Positions 30,305 through 42,752 of a stretch of DNA of 64,000 nucleotides are shown here, piece after piece; the stretch's first letter is position 1; every line of letters starts with the position of its first letter. Below the pieces are notes generated by a model. The model was not told the DNA's origin, made no database searches, and saw only the letters and a list, made by a program, of their open reading frames with translations. The position numbers were made by a program, and so were the translations under genes. Source of the DNA: Phallusia mammillata (Eukaryota); contig OZ281496.1 of the NCBI GenBank assembly GCA_965637545.1, positions 5,146,001-5,210,000 on the forward strand, read 5' to 3'.

Positions 30305-32786
30305 AAGCTTTGGAAGATATGGAGGAATCAACCAAACAAAGTCAGTATATTCTCATGTTGTTCGCAATAAGTTGAACACATTCTATATGATCAAAAGTTG
30401 TTTATTGAAAAGCAAAACTTTGGTTAATGTAAGCATTAAAAAGTAAACTTTTTTTGTAATATAGAGAAAAAGAAAACGGTGAAATTAACTTTAAACGATC
30501 AAGTGGAACAACCAATCATCATTGCGAATGCTGGTACCGAAAGTGTTGAAGTAGAACCGGTAAAGAAATTAAAATAATGACACTAATAATTAACAATCAT
30601 GCTTCATTTGTTTTCATTCCACCTTCACGTATAATAATGAACAAGTAAAATTTAATACTGCGAGGTCCTACGTTGCTTATTAAATTACCAAAACAATCAT
30701 CCATGGTAACGGTATAAAATTATTTTAAGCAATTACCCTTTGTCATAAAATACTTGTTTTATTTACGATTGTTGGAAACATATCATAAAAAGTAAAAAAA
30801 GTGGGTGCATTTACATAAAAGTAAAGATCTGCCAGGAAACGACTGTACATTCTAATGCGGCAACAAATATTCTGTATAGCAATACAGAAAAATAATCAGC
30901 ATTTACAATATTAAATTTCTTTTTTATACCAATTCCCATTCCACTTTTGTAGAAAATCAGAAAACATAATATAAATTGCCACGATTGAGTTAAAACTCAT
31001 CAAAGAATGGGTGTTGGTAGAACATACAATCTACCAAACAAAAAAACATGCAACCTATGATTTGTGTCACGATCCAATGATTTCAATCAAATAGAAACCA
31101 TACAATAGAAAACACGACTTTGATCATGAACTTTCATTACATGTGGAAGAACATTTCTGACAGTTTACAAGCAACTCGCGAAGCACAAAACTTTCTAATA
31201 TAAGCGTTAATACCATGTTTTATTCCAGTGTATGAACATGGTACGATTTCTGCACCAACCAATTTTCGTTTTCTTAGAAACATGATCGAGTTAATGCACG
31301 CTGAATGTTTTTCCCACAAATTTAAATTGTCTTTAGTGTAAACGTTTGCATTTGCCAAGCCTTCCACTCAATGGTAAATATCCGAATGTTTTTTTGTTGT
31401 TGAGGGTTTCCAGAATTTTGATGTAAAAGATTAAATTGTTTTGGCATAGAACCAAAAATTTAGACCAGAGTTTTGGTGGGAAACGAAAATAATATGCGGT
31501 AGAAACATTGTTAAACCTAAAGCTTTTGTGGCATTGAAGTGAATGTCCTAAATCGAACATAAGTTATATGATCCAAATATAAGTATCCAACAAAAAACGA
31601 AATGGCTCGTTTGTTAAAACATTTCTATCATACCAATTTTGTTGTGAACCACTCAACCGAGAAAACCGAATGTTGAAAAAAATATTCGTCAAAAAATAAT
31701 TAGCTGAAATTCGGTGGTTTTTGTATTTTAAATGTATGTTCATGTTCAACCAAATTAACTGCAAAAAAGACGTGTTGAATTCTACATAAACCCCTAATAA
31801 ATGCCCCCCACTGTGTTATGTTGTGTTCAGATGAGAAATTCGGGACATATGTAAAAAATACGTTAAAAAATACGTAGAGGGTAAGTAAAAAATACGTTAA
31901 AAATATGCTTTAAAACATGCAACACTGTTGAGATATAAAGTTAAATTCAAAGAAGAATATGACAAAAAAGTATGATTGGGACTAATAACCTCCGGTAAAT
32001 GTTTGTTGTCTATTTGGTCACCAGTTTTATATTTGCTGACCTTTACAAACCCGCAACAGAAATTTTGTTTTGATCATTGCGTGTTTTGCTCCTTTTAGGA
32101 ATCTAGAGTGACGGTAAGTAGAGAATTTATGTTGTGTAGAATTTATGTACTGTAATTTATGTTCTGTATCAAAAAATACAAGTCTGTTGGAAGATAACTA
32201 GGTCACAGGACGATTTTCTTTTTCTTTTTTCTTTCGCGTTAAAAGACAACGGCATGCAGTCACGAGAAAAAAATACAATAAACAAAGATTTAATGGCAAT
32301 ATGATACATAAAAAAGACAATAATATTTAACTGATGTTACCTACAATATTTGCGCTATACTTTGAAGCACGAATAAGCGACGGATGGATTTGTAAACTTG
32401 TATTGTAGACTGAAAAGAGATATTTCTAAAAATTTTAATGTAAGTGTATCACAGTGAATATCAAAAGTCAAACCTCAATAGGCTTTCTTTAGACCCGGTT
32501 TCAATTGGAACAAAATCGCCCAATCTTAAATCGACCACCACAAAACCCAGGTAGGAAATTTTAGTTTTGGATTTTCTGTCTATTTAGTCAGAGTACACTT
32601 TGTTATGTGACAAAGCAAACGCTACATTTGTCAGCTCGAGTTGCATTTGACAATTTCGACCCTAATGGACCTCCAGCAGAAGAAGCAGCACACCATGTTA
32701 GCGTTCAACTTTTTGTATTATCTAAACAATTGACAATGCCGTATCAAGCAAAAGTAGATTTGGCCATGGAGCGCTGTTCGCGCTAG
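30305..32786 (+). CDS. P3: divergent, probably partial paralogue of gene P
   Basis: Candidate exons 30305-30340, 30465-30559, 32099-32113, 32493-32550 (ILNRPPQNP), 32635-32786 (ARVAFDNFDPNGPPAEEAAHH...). The intron before 32099 is homologous to the repeated P1/P2 intron. Start not found. Confidence 0.5.
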
Positions 32787-34334
32787 CCATACCTTGCAAA
32801 TATGCTATTACATTTTGTTCTACCAAATAAAGAAAAATTTTCTAGACTAAAGGTGTTCTCTTAACTCGGTCACTTAATTGGTCCAAAGTGGCGGTCCAAT
32901 TAATGTAAATCAACAATTTAACAATTCAATAAGTAAAGATGTAACAACCGAAGTGACCATAAAAACTAACACGTTGAATTTAAAGTTTAATTAAAGAACT
33001 AAATTCATTTTAAATGTCTCCTTCACAACTATCTACAGGAGCATTTGTCTTTTGAGTATTTGTTTTAAAGATTTTAAATGTTTTCAGTAGGTTGGTTTGA
33101 CTACGAAACTGAACAACTGTTAAAAACAGATACACTAGGTGGAGGCATTGAGTCGCCCATAAATTCGATTTTGACATCGTACTTTGTCATCGTGCAAACC
33201 AAGTTTATTACATCCACTTAAATTTTTACTATTAACCTGTATTAAACAACAATTTTAAATGCTTTTTAACTAACTGTTTTTACAAAAAAAATCTATGTTG
33301 ACTGTGAATGTTTTATCAAGTGTTAATTGTAAATGGTGCAAATTGGAAATTGTTTTTCAAAAAAAGCTCGTTTCGACTTGACAGCTCAACCCTCGCGAGG
33401 AAGTCAAATTATGTAAACAGGAAATTTCTGCTAATTGCCAACAGTCTTCTGGGCTGTTTGAAACTTCCTATCACATTTTATTTAGGTTGCAGATGATACT
33501 CTAAACTGATTTCTTGAACCTAACAATACACGACTGTAAATTCGGTAGTCATATAATCAACACAGCCACAGATGTAATTGCATCCGATTATATTGTTCTA
33601 CAGCCATAAAAGCACAAAACACTTTGACAAGATAATTTCCTGACAACAATTAACATGAAATGTTGCATGTTGTGTAAAAGTTAGTTTTAATGCGCCTGGA
33701 AAATTTACGTCAACGAATTTCAAAATAAAACGCTGAAAAAAATGTTGTTTATAAGACAAATTCAAAACTTTATTGTATTTTATAGGCGTTTTTGTGTCAA
33801 CAAAAAGCCATAAAATGTTGAGTATTTGAGAAATTTCATCTACATGCCAATTTGTTTAGATTTTGGATCTTGGCTAATTTTGACCCACACAAGGTAACCA
33901 GCTCCGATAATTAATTATAATTAGAGCAGCCAGAAGAACAAACATCACAAGTAGGAAGATATTTTGAGCTGCTTCATTTACTTCATCTCTGTCTACTGCA
34001 TTGTCTGTGAATAATAGAATGTTTAACTTAGATATATATGGGTGCGAGAGCATATTTTACTGAAACTTGAACTTAACACATCATACAGACTAAAAATAAT
34101 AACACTCTTATATATACTTTGAAGTACGCCAAGCTTGCAAGAGATTTAAAGCCGACTCCAGACAATTATCAATACACTTGAGATTAAAGAACCTGTTGAT
34201 GGTGGAATTCGAACCCACCGCATACCACCGTTCAGTATTAAGTTTTTCGTTTTTATTGCAACTTTAATTTTGTTTTCTGGTTAAGGCAATGTCGAGTCTG
34301 ATTCTTATATGCAGCTTAAAAAACGAGCAATCAA

Positions 34335-34655
34335 CTTTAGGAGTCAGTGCATGCATAAGTTTGCCAAGATGGTCGAGTTGTAAGCAAAACCGACTTGTGT
34401 ATAATAGCACGTGGGTTCTAATCCTGACTTGGCAGCTTGCGTTTTTTTCTGGGCAAAATACTGAATTGGCATTGATCCAACCCAATAAAACCCGACGGAT
34501 GACACTACATTAACGTCCCCTACGCTAAAAGTCTCAAATAATACATATTCAACTGAGTTGCAACAACTCTGGCAGCTCGACCGTGGACTCACTGTGAGTT
34601 AACGCATTCAGGCGTTGCCGGCCTATCCAGGATTAAATAAAAACAAAAACAAACC
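34335..34655 (+). mobile_element. tRNA-derived SINE (paralogous copy of 8190-8470)
   Basis: Same A/B boxes, ctgggcaaaa core and A-rich tail at the same intron position. Confidence 0.65.
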
Positions 34656-35768
34656 AATTCACTTTAAAGCGCAGTAGTTTCATTCATAAAAAAAGGCGAA
34701 ATCTTTGATAATTGAAGCATAATATAGCTTAAGTAAATAGCATATTTCCCCAAGGGTTTTCGTTGATAAATACAATAATTTGAGTAGTTGAAATATAGGC
34801 AACTAAAGTATTTGGTCCTGAACTAAGTTAATATGTAGGAAAGATGAGTTTGCTTATTGTGTTGTTACCTTGCATAAGCAAATACTTGCTAGTTTGTAAA
34901 ATGTGCACTGGTCCTGCAGAAACTCGTTGATTGCGTCCATTGTTGTCAACAGATCGTCTTTTTTTCCCACCACACATCTGCAAATAAGTTTAATATTAAT
35001 AAATTTTTTCATGAATATAAATATTATTAAGGATAGATCAGGAAGTTAAATGCAATATAAAAAAACTCATGTATCCCGTTTTTTCTCTGTTAATTTCAAC
35101 TAAAGCAAACTTATTGAAGAATAAATAAATTAAACATAATTGCAATGATGCAAGCAGCTCGACGGCGGACATATTCTAAGCCTAGCACAAGAAACAAATT
35201 CAACTCACCTGTCCAGGGCATTGTCCAGTTGAGTTTTGACAGACGGTCACGTCGCAGTGGATGTATAGATAAATTGTTCTGCGTCGGTAAAGTTTGTCCA
35301 CACAAAGCTCATCAGCTTGAACGTTGCAAAGTTGGATTCGTAATTCCGTATCAACATCGAGTCGGCAGACTCGCCTCCACTGGGTGGAGAAACACATCTA
35401 ATAATATTGACTCAAATTAATATGTGCCGTTTAATTTCAGAAAAAACAAGAGCACACAGTACAAATTCAATCAAAGTAAAGCTTACCCGCTTCCTACAAC
35501 CGGGTAGTTCGGCAAACCACTGGAGTTTTCAACGCGTGTCGCCCAACATTCTTCAAGCTGTATACAAAATGGTAAATAAATCAAATGTAGAAACTCTATA
35601 GCACCTAAAAGATGCTTACTGTAATGCAACAAGTGTAATGTGCATTTTTTATGAAACACGAACTAACATTTAGCAACCTTTGTTACCTTAATGCTTTTGT
35701 TTTTACCTGGACAATGAAGTCATCGTTGCTTGCAGAAATTTCATCAAGTTTCACTTCAGCAAAATGTA

Positions 35769-36646
35769 TGTTACATCGCCTTGTACATATGTTTATGTTT
35801 TCTGTGTTTCCCGCCAGTAGTCTTGATTCCTGTGTATGACGCAGTGTTGTGCCACCTGCAACATTGTTTGTCACACTATCGGTGATTGTGATGTCACAAC
35901 TTTGGCATTGTTTATTGGTATCACGTCTTGTAGGCGAGACCGCCTCGTGTTTATTAGTGACTGGAACTTACAGCGTCTGCATGCGTTTTTTAAACTGGTC
36001 AATTATGTTTGTTTTTTGTGTAACGAACAGGAAAATTATGCTGTTTAGAAACTGAATCGTCCAATGTTTGACTTGAATATTTAGTGATCGGTAAGCATAT
36101 GTTAAACCTTGTTGTTAAACTTTTGGATTTGAATTTATGTGAAACCTGTATTCAGACGTGAATTCCGCCGTCGTCCAACCCGTGTTATTCTGAACCGAAC
36201 TGTGTTATTCCGGTAAGATTGTTGTTGCTTAAAGTTTGCCGTCCGTCACTAGTGTGATTAAGTGATGTTTATGTGTGATGTTATTAGATGCTGTGTTTAC
36301 ACCTTCTACTGATCGCTTGAATTTAAACGACTCCAGTCCTCTAATAGTTTGGTAAGCGTAAATGTCATTGAAATTCGACTTTTGTTGCCTTGTCTTAATT
36401 TGAACGTTTTTTTTTTGTAGAAACCGCCTTTTGACCCTTGTACTTGCCGTGCTGTCGTACTCTCGAGCGCCATCTATCGGCCATATTGTAGAATAAAAGA
36501 GTTCGTTATATAGCTCTTGGCGTCTTGGAGTTTGAGCGCAAGGAAAGGCGCGTTAAAGACAGTTTTAGGACACAAGCGATCGCCCCTGCTGTGCTGTCTG
36601 GAGGCGCATGGAGTCACGCCTTCCGATAACAAAAGACAGCGCAACA
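35769..36646 (+). repeat. 5' LTR
   Basis: Differs from the 3' LTR by 3 substitutions and one homopolymer length (by eye). AATAAA at ~36492. Confidence 0.95.
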
Positions 36647-36701
36647 TCGTTTCAAACTTCTGGACACTTGAACACCCACGGCTTGTTGATCGACGTCAAG
36701 C

Positions 36702-38990
36702 TTGGAAAACTTCACAATGGAAACTCATAAAGGCGCCATTCCTGCGCCTGAGTCACATGACTCACTTTCCACTGTCGAAATCACTGACAAGGACAAAATT
36801 TCCAGTTGTTCATACGCTTGGCAACAAGCTTGTTTGCGAATTGAAGAATTAATGCTAAAAACCGAAAATGTCACCCTCGTAAAGGAGTTTGTTCTAGTGA
36901 TTGAAAGAACCTTCAGCGATCTCGTCGCCGCGTATGCCCCTTTTGAGGAAGGTAACGAAGCCATGTCTCAAGCACGACGGGCATGTCAACAGGATAAACG
37001 TGAACTGGATTCCCGTGTACAGGAATGGTTCGTAAACGTCGAGAAATCCATGGGTCGCCACGAAACTCGATCGAGTTACACGTCCAGCTCCCATCTCGGT
37101 TCGGCAAGTACTCGAACGTCCGGTTCGACGGAAAGTTGCCGAAAAGCGGCCAGGGTACGGATGCGCGTAGCTCGCTTGTCGAGCCAGCAACTCGACGAAG
37201 ATGTCGCCTTAGAGACCCAACAAGCTGACATGCAAGCCGCTTTCGCTAAGCAGCAGGCCGCAATCGATGCCAAACGAAGAATAAAAAATAGGGACAATGA
37301 AGTCGCGTTGGCCGAAGCTGAGGTCCTTGCTTGGGACGAGGAGTTGGAGAACGAAGGTAGACCGGTCGTCCACAAACCACAGATTAATGACTTGTCGCCA
37401 CCGGTTGCGTCACTTGGCAATTGTTCCAGGGAGCCCGTGTATTCTCCACCACGGTCATCCGCTGTGGCCCAGACTCCGACAAATCCCGTAAAAATGTCAC
37501 GCCCGCAAATTTCGAAAATGGATATAAAGCCTATACTCGCTCCTGCTGTTGTTCCACCTGTCGAAAGGTCGCGTACCGATTCCGACCCCTATCCTCCATA
37601 CATGAACAAACCGCGTGCTTCTTCCCCGCCTCGATGTGCTCCCGACACCGATTTCGTTCAACAACAAATAGTCCTGCCTCAGCCGGCCATCAAGAAGTTC
37701 GACGGCGACCCGTTGAACTACTGGTCGTTTGTTCGAGCCATTGAGTCGCATGTTCACCGCAGAACAAAATCTGAAGAATCGCGACTGGTTTGCTTGCTCC
37801 AATACTGTGAAGATTCTGTTGCAGACAAGCTCGAAATCTACAGCAAGGATACAGTCTCTGGTTACTCAAAGGCGCGTTCCCGACTGCATTATGATTACGG
37901 TCAACCACATATTGTTGCCAATGCTTGCGAACGCCGGTTAAAGCTTTTTCCGCCCGTTAGACAAGGTCGACCAAAGGAACTTATGGATTTTTCTGACTTG
38001 CTTGAAAAATGCCGTAGTTCTCTGGAAGACATCCAAGAGTTCGCAAGTTTAAACTCACTAGATACGTTGAAGCAACTCATCCGGAAACTTCCATTTCAGT
38101 ATCGAGAGAGATGGGTGGAACACTCTTTCCAGGTGCTTGAGGAAACCGGGAGACAAGCTGGATACCTTGTGTTTACAAGTTTCGTTGTGCGGTGCGCCCG
38201 TGTGGCCAATTCACTGTTTGGGTCCGAAGCGGTCTACGAAGTCGTGCGCGAAAAAACGCCAATCGAGCCAAAACGGAGTTCAAGAGCCGCTACGTGCAAC
38301 GTCTCATCATCAAAGTTTAATAGGGCACGTTCTGACACACCACCTGTTCCCGCTCCGTGTTGTGTCTGTTGTAAACTGTCACATGATTTGTCAACGTGCC
38401 CGGACTTCGACAAAATGACCTTACAAAAACGTCGCGAGGTTGTAACCTCTAATGGCCTTTGTTTCAAATGTCTCTGTTCAGGGCATCGTTGCGGGAATTG
38501 TCCCTGTCGAGAATCGTGCTCCGTTGAAGGTTGCATTAGCACCTTTCATCATACGAAGCTGCATGGTGCATTTCAAAGGAAACAGGTCGTCGGAAATGCT
38601 GAGAACCCTGTCATGGAAACGACTACCCAAACGGTTTCTAGTATGAAGGCGTCCACCAATAACTGCGGAGTCTACCTCAACGTCGTGCCGGTGACGGTCA
38701 GACATAACGGTATCGAGGTAAATACGTATGCCTTCATTGATCAAGGGTCTACTTCAACATTTTGCGAACAACGACTAATTGACAAACTCGGCCTACAGTG
38801 TAAGGGTCGAAAAATATGCTTAAGCACGCTTACCGATCAATCTAGAGTGTATCAAGGTTCCACGATCTCTTTCACTGTTACTCCGCTTGGTGGAGGAAAG
38901 CCTCTGGTCCTTAACGAAGTTCTGTCTATTGATAAAATTCCTGTATCGCCAAATTGCTTCCCTACGCCAAATGTTCTTCACAAATATTAA
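36702..38990 (+). CDS. gag: BEL/Pao Gag + aspartic protease
   Basis: IKKFDGDPLNYWSF motif. Three Cys/His knuckles (CVCCKLSHDLSTC, CFKCLCSGHRCGNC, CSVEGCISTFHHTKLH). Protease motif YAFIDQGSTSTF. Confidence 0.92.
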   Translation: MENFTMETHKGAIPAPESHDSLSTVEITDKDKISSCSYAWQQACLRIEELMLKTENVTLVKEFVLVIERTFSDLVAAYAPFEEGNEAMSQARRACQQDKRELDSRVQEWFVNVEKSMGRHETRSSYTSSSHLGSASTRTSGSTESCRKAARVRMRVARLSSQQLDEDVALETQQADMQAAFAKQQAAIDAKRRIKNRDNEVALAEAEVLAWDEELENEGRPVVHKPQINDLSPPVASLGNCSREPVYSPPRSSAVAQTPTNPVKMSRPQISKMDIKPILAPAVVPPVERSRTDSDPYPPYMNKPRASSPPRCAPDTDFVQQQIVLPQPAIKKFDGDPLNYWSFVRAIESHVHRRTKSEESRLVCLLQYCEDSVADKLEIYSKDTVSGYSKARSRLHYDYGQPHIVANACERRLKLFPPVRQGRPKELMDFSDLLEKCRSSLEDIQEFASLNSLDTLKQLIRKLPFQYRERWVEHSFQVLEETGRQAGYLVFTSFVVRCARVANSLFGSEAVYEVVREKTPIEPKRSSRAATCNVSSSKFNRARSDTPPVPAPCCVCCKLSHDLSTCPDFDKMTLQKRREVVTSNGLCFKCLCSGHRCGNCPCRESCSVEGCISTFHHTKLHGAFQRKQVVGNAENPVMETTTQTVSSMKASTNNCGVYLNVVPVTVRHNGIEVNTYAFIDQGSTSTFCEQRLIDKLGLQCKGRKICLSTLTDQSRVYQGSTISFTVTPLGGGKPLVLNEVLSIDKIPVSPNCFPTPNVLHKY

Positions 38991-41900
38991 AATATCTAAA
39001 CCTGCCTCATTTGGAAGGAGGAACAGTCACGATTCTCATAGGCGCTGATGTTCCTGCAGCCTTTAACGTGCTGTGTACGCGTTCAGACCCACAGGGGTGT
39101 CCGTGTGCTGTAAAAACCCCTCTTGGCTGGTCACTCTTTGGCCCTACATTTGATTCGTCCGCTACAGATGAGGCTCACGTTCGATACATGAAAGTGGCTC
39201 GGGTCATGCACCAACAGGAGGTCAAGTGTCTGTGGGAAAACGAATTTAGTGACGGGACCTCGGTATTCGATGCGCCTACATCCAGAGAAGATCGGATGGC
39301 ATACGACTTAATGAAAAGGTCTGTCAAACACCGCGATGATCATTTTCAACTTCCGTTGCCGTGGAAGGCTGGGGTAGAAACGCTACCAGCCAGCCGCACA
39401 ATGGCTGACAAACGTCTGGCCAGTTTAAAAGGACGGTTGTTGCGCAACGAAGACCTCTGTAAAAGGTATGTAGATACAGTGCAGACCTACATATCAAGGG
39501 GCTATGCGGAAGAGGTCCCTGAAAAGGAAATATCTATTGGCAAGCACATCTGGTATTTACCACACCATCCCGTGTTTAATCCCCATAAGCCGGACAAGCT
39601 GCGTGTTGTTTTCGACTGTGCTGCTCAGAGTAAAGGAGTCTCCCTTAATGACAGTCTTATGCAGGGTCCTGACTTAGTGAATAACTTGGTAGGAGTTCTG
39701 ACCCGTTTTCGAACACATCCCGTTGCCCTAATTGCCGACATTGAGGCAATGTTCCATCAGGTGCGCGTGGAACCCACTGATCGCGATGCTCTCCGTTTCC
39801 TGTGGTGGCCTGATGGGAATTTGAGCTGCTCCCCGACACCTCATCGGATGAAAGTGCACTTGTTTGGCGCGACATCGTCCCCTAGCTGCGCTTCTTTCTG
39901 TTTAAGACAAACTGCGGAAGAATTTGGCAGTGACTTCGACAGTCGTGTTCGTTCGACTGTTCTACGTAATTTTTACGTTGATGATTGTCTAACATCTGTT
40001 GACAGTGCAGATGTAGCGATTGTTGTTCGTCAACAGCTAAAGGATCTTTTATCCAGAGGAGGATTTCGCCTTACGAAGTGGCTTTCTAACGAAACTCTGG
40101 TTTTAGATTCGATTCCCGAGGATGATCGTGCGAAGATTGTAAAATTACACTGCCTTGACGACACGACGCAGCAACGAGTTCTCGGGGTGCATTGGTCCGC
40201 GTTCGATGATGAATTTGGGTTCAAAATTGAACTACCGAGGAGGCCACATACGCGCAGAGGAATTCTCTCGACTGTCAGTTCACTATACGATCCACTGGCA
40301 TTTGTTGCTCCTGTGGTTTTAACTGCAAAATTGCTACTGCAGGAATTGTGTAAACTGCAGTTGGATTGGGATGATGATATTCCTGAAATGGTTTCATGTC
40401 AATGGAAAAAATGGCTCGACGACCTTCCGAATTTGCGTGACGTTGCCATCCCACGCTGTTTTAAGACATTGGTCTTAAGGGCACCACTCACATACGAGCT
40501 GCATCATTTTGCCGACGCTTCGAGGTTAGCATACGGCGCTGTGTCATACATGCGAATCGAAGACCGGAACAGAGCAGTCAAATGCTCATTTCTTATTGGA
40601 AAATCCAGACTGGCTCCGCTGAGTACCACGACAATCCCGCGACTTGAATTGACCGCCGCTGTGCTTGCTGCAAAACTTGATCGCTTGATGAGAAAGGAAC
40701 TGGACTTGCCAATTACCCGTTCAACCTTCTGGAGTGATTCCACTGCTGTTTTACATAGCATTCGTAACGCTACGAAACGTTTCCCTGTGTTTATAGCCAA
40801 CCGTTTGGCCGAGATTAAGAGGTTGACTGACGTTTCTTGCTGGAGGTACGTTCCAACTAAAGAAAACCCTGCAGACGATGCTTCCAGAGGATTACCTGCC
40901 ACATCTTTCGTCGGGTCATGTCGTTGGTTAAAAGGGCCGTCGTTCCTTTTTGAGCCTGAAGAAAATTGGCCTGTGCAATCAGTTCCAACCCCTGAACTTC
41001 CCGCAGAATTTAAGCCTCTTATCGAAAGGACTGCTGGGTCCTTTGCAGTCGATGTTTCAAGATCGACTTTTCCTGTTGATCGCATTGTCGATCATTACTC
41101 AAATCTGCATCGGCTAAAGAAAGCAGTGGCTTGGTTGATCAGATTTAAGGCTTATCTGAGTCCTGGGATCAGACAGTCAATCAAACGCACTGCTCTTGAT
41201 GTGTGTGAACTTGAAAATGCTGAATTGGAACTTGTCAAGTATGTGCAACGGAAACACTTCGGCTCACTGCTATCGTCTTTGACTCAACGAGGCTGTCCGA
41301 AAAGGTCCGATTGCAGTTCCGCAGTGTACAAGCTAAACCCTATCCTCAAAGATCAACTCATGCGTGTTGGAGGGCGCTTAGCAAAGGCTCCTGTTGACTA
41401 CAATTCCCGCCACCCGGCAATTCTGCCTGATTCTTCACATCTTACTGACCTATTGATTCAGGCGCACCATGAAAGCGTAGGACACTCTGGTTTAGCGCAC
41501 ACTTGGACATCTATTAGAAAAAAATACTGGATTGCAAAGGGCGGCGTTGCAGTTCGTCGCGTTCTTGGAAGATGTTTGTCCTGTCGTCGTCGCAGTGCTA
41601 GACCCGGACAGCAAATAATGGCTGATCTACCACCGGCCCGTCTTGGTGTTGCTGAACCTCCGTTCTCAAATGTCGGAATTGATTATTTTGGACCATTTTT
41701 TGTGAAACAAGGGCGCAGTGAAATTAAACGGTACGGCTGCATATTCACTTGTCTTACAATCCGTGCTGTACACTTGGAAGTCGCCCACAGTTTGTCTACC
41801 GATTCGTTTATTGCTGCTTTTCGTCGTTTCATCGGGCGCCGTGGAGCACCCGTTCACGTCTACAGCGATAACGGTACAAACTTTGTTGGCGCAGAGCGCA

Positions 41901-42601
41901 TCCTGCGAGAGTCACTACGAGCCTGGAACCAGTGTCAAATTACTGAATTTCTCCACCAGAAAGGAACGTCGTGGACTTTTAATCCCCCTGCTGCGAGCCA
42001 CATGGGTGGTGCATGGGAACGGATGATACGGTCTGTTCGCCGAATCCTGTCTTCAATTACGTCCTCCCAAGTGATGACTGACGAAGCTTTGGAGACATTG
42101 CTTGTGCAAGCTGAGGCTATAATCAATTCTAGACCCCTGATACCTGTGAGGTTTGATCACAGGGATGAAGAGCCGCTGACACCGAATCATCTGTTGCTGA
42201 TGAGAAGTTCCCCGAATATGCCAACGACAATTACCGATGAGAAGGACTGCTACACAAGACGTCGGTGGCGGCAAGTACAGTTTCTAGCCGACCAGTTCTG
42301 GCGCCGATTTGTGCAGGAGTACTTGCCCGCCGTTGCTACTCGTTCCAAATGGCACGAGAGCCAGCCGAACTTTAAGGAGGACGACATCGTTCTACTGGTG
42401 GACGATTCCAAATGCCGTTCAAAGTGGTTGATCGGCCGTGTTGTCCGCACTTATCCCGACGAATCTCAAAGAGTACGCACTGTGCTTGTACGGACGAGCG
42501 GTGGTGTGCTTCAACGGCCGATCGCCAAGCTTTGCCGCATCGTTGATTCTGACGAGAGCTTAACACCGACCTCACCGAGCATTCGCAGCTCGGACTGCTA
42601 G
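38954..42601 (+). CDS. pol: BEL/Pao Pol (protease C-term, RT, RNase H, integrase); -1 frame relative to gag
   Basis: WYLPHHPV..KLRVVFD, FYVDD, LHHFADAS, FWSDS, integrase HHCC, GIDYFGPF, SDNGTNF, GGAWERMIRSV, RWRQVQFLADQFWRRF. Confidence 0.95.
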   Translation: MLPYAKCSSQILKYLNLPHLEGGTVTILIGADVPAAFNVLCTRSDPQGCPCAVKTPLGWSLFGPTFDSSATDEAHVRYMKVARVMHQQEVKCLWENEFSDGTSVFDAPTSREDRMAYDLMKRSVKHRDDHFQLPLPWKAGVETLPASRTMADKRLASLKGRLLRNEDLCKRYVDTVQTYISRGYAEEVPEKEISIGKHIWYLPHHPVFNPHKPDKLRVVFDCAAQSKGVSLNDSLMQGPDLVNNLVGVLTRFRTHPVALIADIEAMFHQVRVEPTDRDALRFLWWPDGNLSCSPTPHRMKVHLFGATSSPSCASFCLRQTAEEFGSDFDSRVRSTVLRNFYVDDCLTSVDSADVAIVVRQQLKDLLSRGGFRLTKWLSNETLVLDSIPEDDRAKIVKLHCLDDTTQQRVLGVHWSAFDDEFGFKIELPRRPHTRRGILSTVSSLYDPLAFVAPVVLTAKLLLQELCKLQLDWDDDIPEMVSCQWKKWLDDLPNLRDVAIPRCFKTLVLRAPLTYELHHFADASRLAYGAVSYMRIEDRNRAVKCSFLIGKSRLAPLSTTTIPRLELTAAVLAAKLDRLMRKELDLPITRSTFWSDSTAVLHSIRNATKRFPVFIANRLAEIKRLTDVSCWRYVPTKENPADDASRGLPATSFVGSCRWLKGPSFLFEPEENWPVQSVPTPELPAEFKPLIERTAGSFAVDVSRSTFPVDRIVDHYSNLHRLKKAVAWLIRFKAYLSPGIRQSIKRTALDVCELENAELELVKYVQRKHFGSLLSSLTQRGCPKRSDCSSAVYKLNPILKDQLMRVGGRLAKAPVDYNSRHPAILPDSSHLTDLLIQAHHESVGHSGLAHTWTSIRKKYWIAKGGVAVRRVLGRCLSCRRRSARPGQQIMADLPPARLGVAEPPFSNVGIDYFGPFFVKQGRSEIKRYGCIFTCLTIRAVHLEVAHSLSTDSFIAAFRRFIGRRGAPVHVYSDNGTNFVGAERILRESLRAWNQCQITEFLHQKGTSWTFNPPAASHMGGAWERMIRSVRRILSSITSSQVMTDEALETLLVQAEAIINSRPLIPVRFDHRDEEPLTPNHLLLMRSSPNMPTTITDEKDCYTRRRWRQVQFLADQFWRRFVQEYLPAVATRSKWHESQPNFKEDDIVLLVDDSKCRSKWLIGRVVRTYPDESQRVRTVLVRTSGGVLQRPIAKLCRIVDSDESLTPTSPSIRSSDC

Positions 42602-42752
42602 ATGGAAGACGAATTGAGTTTTCACAACAGAAACTGTTCGACAAGAAATCATCGCCTCATTGCGATGCACGCGCGATTGGCGATGTTGTTTTTGAAAAAA
42701 TGTGTCACGTTGCTTGCAGAAATTTCATCAAGTTTCACTTCAGCAAAATGTA

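Noticed and set aside
30780-31780. Chain of short minus-strand ORFs inside a P3 intron, possibly a decayed transposase
   Set aside because: Multiple stops, no catalytic motif I can name, and no termini found.
35765-35768. Alternative LTR start TGTA giving a TSD-less insertion that restores exon 9 length
   Set aside because: TGTT...AACA termini and a 5-bp TSD fit BEL/Pao better; a 1-nt homopolymer loss or error is simpler.
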